IMG/VR virus record: IMGVR_UViG_3300029258_004006
Source: a virus
DNA length: 64,000 nucleotides
Reading direction: 5' to 3' (one strand)
Positions within the stretch are counted from its first letter, which is position 1. Every line of letters begins with the position of its first letter. The notes under the pieces were generated by a model, which worked only from the letters and a program-made list of their open reading frames with translations, did no database searches and was not told the origin of the DNA. Positions 52,027 to 61,587 of this stretch are shown one piece after another. The translations under genes were made by a program, and so were the position numbers.

Positions 52027-52830
52027 TCACCTCGTACTGGTTGTTCCACTTTTCAGAATACGAAATGGAGGGGTTGTTATGCCCTTTGGATAATACCGCG
52101 AGAGAATAGAATAGAATTGATCTTCATCAGCGTCCCCCTCAATTCTTTCCCCGCCCTTAGAGGTAGTCATTGTGAATGTACCCACATCGGGGTGTTGTAT
52201 CTCGATTATGCCATCGAAGAAAACGATGGTTGTGTTTTCTATGGCCATGTCGGCGATATGAATGGCCAGGGGTACCATATCATCAGGGAAGAGTCCAATG
52301 ATACGGTAGATTCCAAGAGAGAGCGTTTCAATCCCTGAGCCTAGTTGCTTTTCTCCCTGCGGTCCAACCACCTGAGAGTGAGAAGCAAATGCACGGGTAA
52401 ACCGGCGGGAAGGAAAAGTGGTGCCATCCTCTCGAATAGGCTCCACCAGTTTAAAGCTCTCTTCCAACTCGGCATCCGTAATATCTGGCTCGTAAAACCG
52501 GGCTCTGAGTTCTTCACTATCAGTGGAGTAAAGATCATACTGAATCGTCACTTCAGGAATTTCTTGATCAGGTTCAAGTGGAACTCGATCAAGTGTACAA
52601 CGATAAATCTGCACCCCCTTATCGTCGGTGGTTCTTCCAACTGATACACGATAGGTCGGCACCAAGCAATACTCAATTATCTTCTTGAGTAAATGAGCGG
52701 GGTTATCCTCCACCACCCTTGCTTCTGAACGGCTCAGAATCATTCCAGAATCCGTCAACAACCATGGAACTAAAATCATTGCATTTCCTACCCTATAGAG
52801 AGATAAACCCGACAGATTTATACCATTCAA
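52027..52830 (-). CDS. hypothetical protein
   Basis: 267-aa ORF. Confidence 0.6.
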   Translation of the reverse strand: MNGINLSGLSLYRVGNAMILVPWLLTDSGMILSRSEARVVEDNPAHLLKKIIEYCLVPTYRVSVGRTTDDKGVQIYRCTLDRVPLEPDQEIPEVTIQYDLYSTDSEELRARFYEPDITDAELEESFKLVEPIREDGTTFPSRRFTRAFASHSQVVGPQGEKQLGSGIETLSLGIYRIIGLFPDDMVPLAIHIADMAIENTTIVFFDGIIEIQHPDVGTFTMTTSKGGERIEGDADEDQFYSILSRYYPKGITTPPFRILKSGTTSTR

Positions 52831-53812
52831 CAGTAGAGATAACTCCTGCTGAGAGGGGCGTCTTTGGTTGATACCCCAATTGAAGTTTAGCTTTACTAAT
52901 GTCGGCTATGTAATAAGTTACTTCACCACGAAGAGGATCAGTGAACGTAACGACTGGTTCTTTACCAATGGAGAGACTAAGTAAATTCACCAGATCCCAC
53001 AAGGTACTACCCCGCCCATAGGCAAGGTTGAACGTAGCACCAACTACAGTGCCATGTCTTTTATGATTGGCCAGAAGTGCTCGCATTGCTCTGGTCAACC
53101 CATCAATGGCGTCATCGATGTAAGTAAAGTCCAAAGTCTTGTTTTTTCCAAAGACTTCGATTGGTTCTCCCTTACTAATTCTCTTAGCAAAGAGGGGGAT
53201 AACTCGTTCCATTCGTTCTAAGTCATTGTCATATCGACCATAGACGTTACTGAAACGAACGATAACAAAAGGCAGATCGTAACTCTTATGACAAGCATGG
53301 AGCATAGCCTCTCCAGCTAGTTTGGTAGCCGAGTAGGGACTTTCCTGAGCTTGAATATGAGCGTCGTCTTCCCGAACAGACCTCACTTCAAATTCTGGCT
53401 TATTTCCATACACCTCCCGGGAACTAGCAAAGACAACCGGCGTGTTATGACGACGACACGCCTCGGCCACCCGATAAATAGACATGAAATTAGACACTGC
53501 TCTATCAGGATATTCTACTAATTCGTGAACTTTGGCATACGCGGCTAAATGAATCACCACGTCAGCCCATTCCATTAGGGGGCTGAGATCAAAAGAGGAC
53601 TCAGCAATATCGCCTCTGTAAAAATCTTTTACGACAGCGGATTGGGATAAATCCCACCAAGGAAAACTGTTTTTATCGATACCAATAGCCTGGTATTTCT
53701 CCGGACCTTGTTGTTCCAACCACCGAATAAGGTTACTACCAATTTGCCCGCTAGCCCCGGTTATCACTACTTTAGTTGGTTCCACTACATTCACCCTTAA
53801 ATAGCGCCCCAT
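52793..53812 (-). CDS. NAD-dependent sugar-nucleotide epimerase/dehydratase (extended SDR)
   Basis: Rossmann motif VVITGASGQIGSNL and catalytic YSATK. Start set at ATG 53812. Confidence 0.85.
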   Translation of the reverse strand: MGRYLRVNVVEPTKVVITGASGQIGSNLIRWLEQQGPEKYQAIGIDKNSFPWWDLSQSAVVKDFYRGDIAESSFDLSPLMEWADVVIHLAAYAKVHELVEYPDRAVSNFMSIYRVAEACRRHNTPVVFASSREVYGNKPEFEVRSVREDDAHIQAQESPYSATKLAGEAMLHACHKSYDLPFVIVRFSNVYGRYDNDLERMERVIPLFAKRISKGEPIEVFGKNKTLDFTYIDDAIDGLTRAMRALLANHKRHGTVVGATFNLAYGRGSTLWDLVNLLSLSIGKEPVVTFTDPLRGEVTYYIADISKAKLQLGYQPKTPLSAGVISTVEWYKSVGFISL

Positions 53813-54462
53813 TTTTGTAAGCGAACAAACGCATATAAAGCAATGCAACCGGCATCAGCTTCGTGATCCGTTTGGGCTTCAGGAAAGTAATCTCTACTAG
53901 TCATTTCATATTGATTTAGGATCACTGTCTTCCACATAGCGGCTGTGAAGACATCGACAGGTCTTTTAGAAGTGGCTACTATCGCACCAATTAACAGATT
54001 AATTGGTTCAATGTCCCCCGTTGCTTTACCCCGCTTAGAATATCGTTCGATAGCCAATAACTGCGGATTTTGAGCAGTGTGTTTAACACACTTTTTTAAC
54101 TCTTCCTGGACAACCCGAAAACCATCATGACAAATGCTTTTCTTAAATTTTTTAGTGGTCTTTAATAAGCCAGAAGCCAAACTCCGGTATTGGTCACTTT
54201 CGAAATCCGTGACCTCAACCATGTGCCAACCAAAATGTTTAGTACCAGGATCCAATCCCAGAATAATCGTAGGCACCAAAAATTCAACACCTTCCCATAA
54301 ACCGCGAGAAGGTTGTTCAGAAGGGGCTGGAAGGTTTAACTCTGATTGCGACTTCGTTTTCTTCTTTACCTTCCCCATGTTACCTTTCTTTTTGGCGAGT
54401 TTTTTTGCAGTAAGTTTCTTTCTTGGTTTGTCTAATTTGTCCTTCGCACCCTGTGGTGGCAC
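53797..54462 (-). CDS. RuvC-like Holliday junction resolvase with Lys-rich N-terminal extension
   Basis: ILGLDPGTKHFGW (Asp), LLAIERY (Glu) and DHEADAGCIALYA (His/Asp). These parallel the RuvC catalytic motifs. Confidence 0.75.
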   Translation of the reverse strand: MPPQGAKDKLDKPRKKLTAKKLAKKKGNMGKVKKKTKSQSELNLPAPSEQPSRGLWEGVEFLVPTIILGLDPGTKHFGWHMVEVTDFESDQYRSLASGLLKTTKKFKKSICHDGFRVVQEELKKCVKHTAQNPQLLAIERYSKRGKATGDIEPINLLIGAIVATSKRPVDVFTAAMWKTVILNQYEMTSRDYFPEAQTDHEADAGCIALYAFVRLQKWGAI

Positions 54463-54483
54463 TCTACACCTCGATTACCCAGA

Positions 54484-55470
54484 CTATTTCACTCGGGCAA
54501 GGGGTTCGTCGGTTTGAATCATTCTGACTTGTACATCATCGAATATTCGCCCACCATCAGTGGTTCTATCTCCCCATTGCGATTCGAGAGGATGCAAAGG
54601 CATTCCTCCGGTCAACAATGGTTGCAGAGGCTCGTGTGATACGATTTTGAAGCGATAGTCGGTTCCACCGTTGGCATCGATGTGTTCAAAGAAATCATTT
54701 AGTCTGACATCTGGAGTCTCAGAATAGTTGATAGCCAGATTGTATGTCTCTAAAATTGGTACGATTCCTAGATCATCTCGTTCTCGGGAGAAGTTAAACT
54801 TGGGTATGTCTCCCCGAATAGCTGGGAATTCAACATTCTGATACCGGAATTTCAAACCTGAGATTTCAGGTCTTGGATGAGTGGCATCACTGCGAGCCAT
54901 AGTAACCATGAACTTGACTCGAGTAGCCTGCCGGAATGCATCGACAAAAGTATCATCTAAAACATCCAGCCAAGTAACCCCATCGAATGTAGCCTCAACC
55001 GTGACTCCCCCCGAGGTCAACACATCCACCAAGTCCAAACCCCAGTTGTTAACCAGCGGAACCCAATCAGATTGAACCGTCGTCAAAACGGCAGTGGAAT
55101 CCATACGGAATGATGGATGGTGCTTCCCTTGACTATAATCCCATTTCCCATTAACCGAATAAGTGGTCGTGTTGGGTTGAATAGGTAGGATGGTTTTGAA
55201 TCCTCGTTTAGAATACCCTGGAAGTATCCCTACCCCATGACATAGTTGACAAGTATCGGGGGTATCAAATTCAGCCTCCTTACACGGACAAGGTTCCTGT
55301 TGTTGAATAGTCCAAACGTAAAACCATTCAGGAAGCACACGAGCTGCCTCATCCAGATTGGCTCGAATTCGCTCCATCAAAAATTTGCTGGTATTGGTTA
55401 CATGGACTCTCTTTTGCTGAGTCCCATGGTGGTGCTCGTTGTGTCGTTGACGACTAGTTCGTGCGGGCAT
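54484..55470 (-). CDS. hypothetical protein (Cys cluster CPCKEAEFDTPDTCQLCHG)
   Basis: 328-aa ORF with a 1-nt overlap onto the upstream gene. Confidence 0.65.
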   Translation of the reverse strand: MPARTSRQRHNEHHHGTQQKRVHVTNTSKFLMERIRANLDEAARVLPEWFYVWTIQQQEPCPCKEAEFDTPDTCQLCHGVGILPGYSKRGFKTILPIQPNTTTYSVNGKWDYSQGKHHPSFRMDSTAVLTTVQSDWVPLVNNWGLDLVDVLTSGGVTVEATFDGVTWLDVLDDTFVDAFRQATRVKFMVTMARSDATHPRPEISGLKFRYQNVEFPAIRGDIPKFNFSRERDDLGIVPILETYNLAINYSETPDVRLNDFFEHIDANGGTDYRFKIVSHEPLQPLLTGGMPLHPLESQWGDRTTDGGRIFDDVQVRMIQTDEPLARVK

Positions 55471-58112
55471 TAGTATCTGCTCCCTATTGCGGAGATCATA
55501 TCTTTATCCTGCCGACTCAAATTCTCCAGCAACAGTTTGACAGCAGCCATTATGCGAGATCGCCAGACAGAAGTAGAAGTAACATCGTCTGGGCCATGCC
55601 CATATTGATCCATGATCTGGGCCATTGACTCAGTGGGAACATACCCATTTAGAGCGTATAGGAGTTCATCTATTTCTTCACTAGCGATACCTGATTGCTC
55701 CAGCAATTGGGTGGTTTTAGCCGTAGCCAATTGGATTGCTGAATCAACCATTGCTCTGGGGTCTCCCAATTCTCTGGCTCGATCCATCGTCTGGTTCATC
55801 AATTCGACCCCCAATTCGGGGGTGTAAGAACCAGCTACTTTAGCCTCATCAATGAGACCAGTCAGCACATCAACAGTGTCTCCCACAACCGTTGATCCTG
55901 CAAATGAATCAGGATATGCATCCACGAGAGATTGGGCTGTTTGATTGTCCATGGCCGTCAAACCCATGCGATCGTTACCCACAGTACCAGAATCAGGAGA
56001 CAAAGCGGTCCAATTGGGGTTCCCGCCACTAGTAGCTTGTATTACTTTTTTCAGGGGATCAGTCGCCTTTTGGGGTAATCCTGCGTTCTCTACAGATTTT
56101 GCAGTATCTGATGATAGGGGTGTGTCAAAATTAGAACTAGGACCACCCCCGGTGTACCCAGGAAAAGAAGCTACTGCATCGGCGGGGTTTAAGGAGCGTG
56201 CTGCCCCCAGTTCCCCCGGAGAAACCAGTCCTACTTTTTGGAGGTCTTTAGAAGCAGACCACAAAATCCCCGGCGTGGGGTCGGCGCATAAACCATTTTC
56301 AGTGTTTTGGCCGATCTCGAAATCTTTGAAGCTGAAAATTTCAGTAAATCCAAAGGGGGAGCCGTCCGTATCCATCCCAATCAATGTGTGCATCTTTTCT
56401 CTGGGATTGTAGGTGCGGAGATTACTGATGGACAGCCCACTAGTCAAGGTTCCACTAGTCATGTCAATCGAATCTTCTACGGAAGTGATGATCCCATAAG
56501 TGTTCACCCATTCCAAGAAAACAGGCTTGTTGGGCAAGAACAATCGCCAAGGTAAGGTACCAACATCATAGGTAAAAGCGTTGGAAATGGATTCGGATAA
56601 CCGCAACATTCCCACCCGGCGTAAAATGTCACAGTCAAAAACGTAGGGGAATGAATAAGTGTCCTGGTTAACTCCATACCTCAAAATCAAAGAAGGAATA
56701 TGAATGATGACCCGCTTAAACTGAGTAGCCTCTTGTCCACTCTCATCGGTCAGATAATTCAGCATTCCTCCAGTGACAATAACTGACGTGCGCACATTGT
56801 CTGGAGTCTCGGTGTATTTGATCGCATCTTCTTGATCAGGTCTTCCAATTATGAGGGTATCTTGATAACCTGCATACAACTGCGGATAAATGTCCCACTG
56901 AGGATATTCAAATACTGGATCTCCTAGAGGACTGATCCAAAACCGATACATCAAACGTTCGATGTACCCCTCGATTATATCCAAACGAGTCGCCCAATCA
57001 ACCTCTTCTCTGTTAACTCCAGAAACATCCCCAATATTCCGGAACCCAAAGGAGTTCTTGGGGTAGAGCACTCTAGGACGAATGTTCTCACCATGAGGGC
57101 TCCAACTCCCACCATAGTAAGAATTTTCCCCGATTTCTTTAACCTCGGATAGCGTTAAGGCTTGAGATTGATCTCCAGTCAAAAGGCGGTCATACCAAGG
57201 AGTCCAATCTGAGCTTAGATCGGGGGTAAAAACGTCAACCTTTTCCCCATCGGCGTATGCTTGAGCAATCCGGCCAACCCCATCTAGGATGATTTCCCCT
57301 GCCCCCGTTTCTTCAGCGGCTTTTCTCCCCTGAGTTACCTTACCTAGCAGGATTAACTCTACCACCCCGAGTAAGGTGAGAGTGGTAACAATGCTAGAAA
57401 AGCTATGGCCCTCCTGTACAAAACGAGTATCACTGAACAAAGACTCGGTTAAGAACTCTGCCGCCGGCCCCTCGTCCATCACCTTTTGGAAAGAGACTGC
57501 ACTCCCCGGTGCAAAAACAGGACTTCCCCCTCGGACCTCCTCAGCAGTGAGAACTGGATTTTGGGCCACTCTTTGTTTTTGTAAGATACCACGAAGGTCA
57601 ATACAAGTCAGTGTCAGGGGTTCTGCTTTCTCGGAGATTTCCCCAGAGACCTCATTGACATAACCGCAGAAAAAAGGAATCCAGACACGATCTGATTCAG
57701 ATTTGAACCTATCCCCTACCCAGGGCAATCTCATGAAAACCCTAACCGTGTCGTTCTTGTGGAGAATGAAATTCCACTCGTTTAAGGACCAACGACTAGT
57801 CCGGTATTTGGGATCATAGAAATTGTTGATGGTCTTGTACTGATAGAGACGATATTTGGTGGACTCATCTACTTGAGGGTCAGTGTGATTACGGAACTTT
57901 CCCTGTAAATTATCCGGTGTTAAAACCCACCCGTAATTAGCATTGGCAATCGAAATGGAACAACTACCAATGTCCCCATCAGACATGGTTCGAGATACAG
58001 TTTGGATGTAGGGTGTGATGTCAATTCCTTGAACATACACCCGAACATCCAATAACTGTACGATGGAACCTAGTTCTTGTTCAGCAAGAACTGTCCGCTG
58101 AGGTATGGCCAC
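55470..58112 (-). CDS. large hypothetical (possibly virion/hub-like) protein
   Basis: 880-aa ORF. No secure motif. Confidence 0.65.
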   Translation of the reverse strand: MAIPQRTVLAEQELGSIVQLLDVRVYVQGIDITPYIQTVSRTMSDGDIGSCSISIANANYGWVLTPDNLQGKFRNHTDPQVDESTKYRLYQYKTINNFYDPKYRTSRWSLNEWNFILHKNDTVRVFMRLPWVGDRFKSESDRVWIPFFCGYVNEVSGEISEKAEPLTLTCIDLRGILQKQRVAQNPVLTAEEVRGGSPVFAPGSAVSFQKVMDEGPAAEFLTESLFSDTRFVQEGHSFSSIVTTLTLLGVVELILLGKVTQGRKAAEETGAGEIILDGVGRIAQAYADGEKVDVFTPDLSSDWTPWYDRLLTGDQSQALTLSEVKEIGENSYYGGSWSPHGENIRPRVLYPKNSFGFRNIGDVSGVNREEVDWATRLDIIEGYIERLMYRFWISPLGDPVFEYPQWDIYPQLYAGYQDTLIIGRPDQEDAIKYTETPDNVRTSVIVTGGMLNYLTDESGQEATQFKRVIIHIPSLILRYGVNQDTYSFPYVFDCDILRRVGMLRLSESISNAFTYDVGTLPWRLFLPNKPVFLEWVNTYGIITSVEDSIDMTSGTLTSGLSISNLRTYNPREKMHTLIGMDTDGSPFGFTEIFSFKDFEIGQNTENGLCADPTPGILWSASKDLQKVGLVSPGELGAARSLNPADAVASFPGYTGGGPSSNFDTPLSSDTAKSVENAGLPQKATDPLKKVIQATSGGNPNWTALSPDSGTVGNDRMGLTAMDNQTAQSLVDAYPDSFAGSTVVGDTVDVLTGLIDEAKVAGSYTPELGVELMNQTMDRARELGDPRAMVDSAIQLATAKTTQLLEQSGIASEEIDELLYALNGYVPTESMAQIMDQYGHGPDDVTSTSVWRSRIMAAVKLLLENLSRQDKDMISAIGSRY

Positions 58113-58124
58113 CTCTATCTCCGG

Positions 58125-59198
58125 TTAATCGTCATCATCTTCTAGACCTGGGAGCACGCCGCCAGGGGTTGCAGGTGCCAAAGAGGTCTTCTTTTTCTTT
58201 TTCTTCTTATCACTTTTCTTGGTGATTTTCTTACCACTCTTGCTGCTTTTCTTACTACTCTTACTGCTTTTCTTTTTTCTCTTGGGCGGAGTCTCTTCTG
58301 TTTCCTCGGAGTCTTCGTCTTCGTCGCCCACGAAATGATAATCGGGTTTCTTGTGAATGGTATGAACTGCCTTTAAGGTGGGATCAACTTGATCCTTAGT
58401 CATGAGATTCGCGGCAGTTGCCCAATCCACAATCTCTGGCACAAGTTTGAACGGAACATACCCATTTGCAAACATGGAGATAAGGGTATCTCTGTAATCC
58501 CCGGTAGTGGTCTTAGCATTGTGGGTACCAGGAATCAGGGCAGCATACACCTTACCCAAATCGATCAGTTCATATTCACATTCTTCTTCAGTAAGAGCAC
58601 AATTGGGATCAGGTTCAGAACCGGCCGGACACAACGCGATAGACACATTCTTACGCGATGTTTGGTCCAGGCCAACCGTCAATTCCAGATCATAACCCTT
58701 CTTCTTACCAGTGGGCTTACGCCCCTTGATACGATTCATGGCCTTGTTCAACTCTTTGACATTGTACCAGTTAAGCCACAAGAGTTGAATTGGGTCTGCC
58801 GCCCCCGAGTCTTGTAATTCTCGGTTGATCATGTTGATAACATCAGCAACCGATGGCTTAGACCTCTTAGCAGGAAGAAAAGCACACGCCAGGCAATGCC
58901 ATTCGTGTGTCTCATCATCCATCCGTTCAGCTTCAGGATCCCAACGAGAACAAATGAGTGGGAATACTTTGTTGTTTTTGGTGGTAATCCAATGCCGCCG
59001 AAGCGGTAGGATATTCCCCAGCAGTCTGATACGAATGACCGTATCTACAGCGTGATCGTGAAGATTGAAAACTCTCCCACCATCCCGAAGCTCATCCATG
59101 TAAGTGGGCTGACGATTCTCGTCCTGAGTCCCTTCCTTGGTTTTGGACACATCTTTCCCAGCGTAGGCACCTGATGATGCCGAAGTCTTAAATGCCAT
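58125..59198 (-). CDS. possible ssDNA-binding protein (gp32-like; weak)
   Basis: VIRIRLLGN...HEWHCLAC region is reminiscent of the T4 gp32 OB/zinc region. It also has a Lys/Ser-rich linker and an acidic tail LEDDDD. Confidence 0.35.
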   Translation of the reverse strand: MAFKTSASSGAYAGKDVSKTKEGTQDENRQPTYMDELRDGGRVFNLHDHAVDTVIRIRLLGNILPLRRHWITTKNNKVFPLICSRWDPEAERMDDETHEWHCLACAFLPAKRSKPSVADVINMINRELQDSGAADPIQLLWLNWYNVKELNKAMNRIKGRKPTGKKKGYDLELTVGLDQTSRKNVSIALCPAGSEPDPNCALTEEECEYELIDLGKVYAALIPGTHNAKTTTGDYRDTLISMFANGYVPFKLVPEIVDWATAANLMTKDQVDPTLKAVHTIHKKPDYHFVGDEDEDSEETEETPPKRKKKSSKSSKKSSKSGKKITKKSDKKKKKKKTSLAPATPGGVLPGLEDDDD

Positions 59199-59264
59199 CA
59201 GATCTTCTCCTATTGGCCTCTACACGTCCATATCAGGACTCTAAACGGCCATAGATGGCGTAAT

Positions 59265-59711
59265 TCACTCTGATATTGTCTTAATTCTTTGTACTAGTTT
59301 GCGGTTGGTCTGGGCTTGAAGGATAAACTCCCTCAGTTTTTTAGAATTAGCAGCTTTCCTAATTTTAGGAACGAACCCACAAAGCATAGCAAGTCTAAGC
59401 AGTTCCTGAGGGTGAAAACGCGATAACTGAGCACGCTTGTAAGGAAACCCCTTACGGCGGTGTAAGTCCAAAACCTCATTATAGCATTCGGTTTGTTGAG
59501 CGATTGCGCACAATTGACAAAAGGTGTCCTTAAGAGTGTTTAGACATTTAGAAGCACGCAGTGTTTCCCGGAATGGCTTGTTTCTCCTAGCCTCTTGTTT
59601 GATAATCTCTTTCAATTCAAAGATGGCTACTGGAGGATCGGGGGATTTCCCCAATAATCTGGCTTTGATCCCTTTTACATCGGCCTCTAGCGACTTGAGT
59701 CTTGATTCCAC
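59265..59711 (-). CDS. hypothetical protein
   Basis: 148-aa ORF. Confidence 0.55.
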   Translation of the reverse strand: MESRLKSLEADVKGIKARLLGKSPDPPVAIFELKEIIKQEARRNKPFRETLRASKCLNTLKDTFCQLCAIAQQTECYNEVLDLHRRKGFPYKRAQLSRFHPQELLRLAMLCGFVPKIRKAANSKKLREFILQAQTNRKLVQRIKTISE

Positions 59712-59775
59712 AGCAGTGTCCCCAAAAAAGCCACGTTACCAAAAAACCCCATTATACCACAAAAGAGTCCCTTTG

Positions 59776-60225
59776 TCAAGTATTTCTCTTGGGTATTAGC
59801 ATCCAGCCAAGAATGAGAGGGGCCAAACAGATTAGTAACATGCCACGATTCACGATGAGAGTCCAGATAACAAGCTCATGCATAGCTTTCCACGTCTGAA
59901 TCACGTTGTTATCGTCGCGGATTTTAACTTGGTGGATTCTCTGCCAAATTTCTCGTTCAATACAAGTGAATTCTTGCTCAGTCCAAATTTGCGTCGGAGA
60001 CGGGGTATTGGCGCATAACGCAATCGCAGCGTTAATGGAATCCTCTATAATCGCAAACGTTTTATCGTCTATGGATTCCGGAAATTCAATTTTTGCATTA
60101 CGGATCTCATCCCGTTGTTCAAACATCTTAAAACGGATGCGGTATCGCAGGAATGGAGCCAGTACGCTTTCGTACAAATAACACACCAACATGTACACAC
60201 CGATGAAGGCGATAACAATGGTCAT
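59776..60225 (-). CDS. hypothetical membrane protein
   Basis: Hydrophobic N-terminus (MTIVIAFIGVYMLVCYLY) and C-terminus (MLLICLAPLILGWMLI). ATGA overlap with wecB. Confidence 0.5.
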   Translation of the reverse strand: MTIVIAFIGVYMLVCYLYESVLAPFLRYRIRFKMFEQRDEIRNAKIEFPESIDDKTFAIIEDSINAAIALCANTPSPTQIWTEQEFTCIEREIWQRIHQVKIRDDNNVIQTWKAMHELVIWTLIVNRGMLLICLAPLILGWMLIPKRNT

Positions 60226-61328
60226 TGCCGCCCCTCCTCGTTTGCAACTCCAAGTAAGGTTGCAATGCGAGTCGCGGCCTTACCATCCCCAAAAGTAGTA
60301 ACAGGGGTGGTGTATTGTTGCCGGTCTCCTAAGATGCTCTCAAAAACACTTACTATCTCATCCTTGCCCAAGGCCGGATCAACTAATTTCCCGCATTGCA
60401 AAGCGGCCGGTCGTTCAGTGGCCGCTCGAAGCACGACAAAGGGTACACCCAAACACGCGCATTCTTCTTGTATTCCCCCGCTGTCGGTTAAGACCACATA
60501 ACTTGCTAACATGCTTTGAACAGTTTCGCGATACGACAAGGGTTCAGTTAGTGTGACCCCATATCGAGCACGATCTGCGGGAGAGATTATGGCCTTAACT
60601 TCTTGTCTAATTGCGGGGTTGGGATGAAGAGGCCACACGAATTCTACATCATGGTATTTTTGGGCCAACTGTTTCACTGATTCGGCAATGGTCCTCATGA
60701 ACGGCCAGTTTTCCCTACGATGGGCAGTTATAAGAGCTTGGTTTAGTTCTGGTTCCTCAGTGATTTCGCTCCGCATCAAAAAGAGTGCGTCAACGACTGT
60801 GTTCCCCACTACTTCGATTTTACCCTTTACGCCTTCTCTGATTAACTGCGTTTTCTCAACTTCACTAGGACAAAAATGGTGGGTGGCTATATCTGCCATC
60901 AGAACCCGGTTCAGTTCTTCAGGAAAGGGATTGTGCTGATAAGTTCGTAAACCAGCTTCAACGTGTCCAACAACTTCGATCCCGGCCAACTTAGCAGCAA
61001 GCCCCATTGCTAGTACAGTTAGTGTGTCACCTTGAACCAGAACCGCATCGATGGTGCCAATGAGTGAAGCTAAGAAATTGGAGCACAAGCGAAGCATTTC
61101 ACCAAACTGGTGAGCAAGAGTCGGGCTATTCTGATATTGTCTATTCGCTCGGGCATTCAGATAAAAACTTTTAGGTGACTGAATACTGAATTCCTTCAGG
61201 AAACTATCCAAATCATCATGCTGGCCAGTATTCACAAAAGCAACATCGGCACCCCGTTCTTGCAAGGCCAAGTAAACCGGAATCATCTTGATTGCTTCTG
61301 GTCTTGTCCCAATAGTAACTAGAATCAT
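60222..61328 (-). CDS. wecB: UDP-N-acetylglucosamine 2-epimerase (non-hydrolysing)
   Basis: MILVTIGTRPEAIKM, VLVQGDTLT, GHVEAGLRT and VGNTVVDAL. A near-continuous match to WecB/MnaA as I remember it. Confidence 0.9.
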   Translation of the reverse strand: MILVTIGTRPEAIKMIPVYLALQERGADVAFVNTGQHDDLDSFLKEFSIQSPKSFYLNARANRQYQNSPTLAHQFGEMLRLCSNFLASLIGTIDAVLVQGDTLTVLAMGLAAKLAGIEVVGHVEAGLRTYQHNPFPEELNRVLMADIATHHFCPSEVEKTQLIREGVKGKIEVVGNTVVDALFLMRSEITEEPELNQALITAHRRENWPFMRTIAESVKQLAQKYHDVEFVWPLHPNPAIRQEVKAIISPADRARYGVTLTEPLSYRETVQSMLASYVVLTDSGGIQEECACLGVPFVVLRAATERPAALQCGKLVDPALGKDEIVSVFESILGDRQQYTTPVTTFGDGKAATRIATLLGVANEEGRQ

Positions 61329-61337
61329 CGAACTTCC

Positions 61338-61580
61338 TCAATACACACATACCGTTTTGGGGGAATGGATGGGAACAAGGATAGATGTAGCTCGTTCAGC
61401 CGAAGTCAAGGCAGTCTCTTGATGCTGAACCAGTTTCTCGGGGTCTCTCGATGCCACAATTTGGATTTTTTGGCCATTCCAATAAGCTAAGGCGGCACCA
61501 CCAGGAACTCGTTTTTCCAACTCATCCCGTTGAAACTCAATTACCTCAAGTCCGTAATTGGCATATTCTAAATCATTCAT
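61338..61580 (-). CDS. small hypothetical protein
   Basis: ATG 61580 (MNDLEYANYG) with AGGTG 6 nt upstream, just after the glycosyltransferase stop. Confidence 0.45.
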   Translation of the reverse strand: MNDLEYANYGLEVIEFQRDELEKRVPGGAALAYWNGQKIQIVASRDPEKLVQHQETALTSAERATSILVPIHSPKTVCVY

Positions 61581-61587
61581 ACAACAC

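Noticed and set aside
55923-56051. Lytic transglycosylase (SLT) motif in the 880-aa protein (IQATSGGNPNW...RMGLTAM).
   Set aside because: The catalytic Glu position reads Thr, and the spacing to the GLxQ-like segment is longer than in SLT domains as I recall them. This is too weak for a call.
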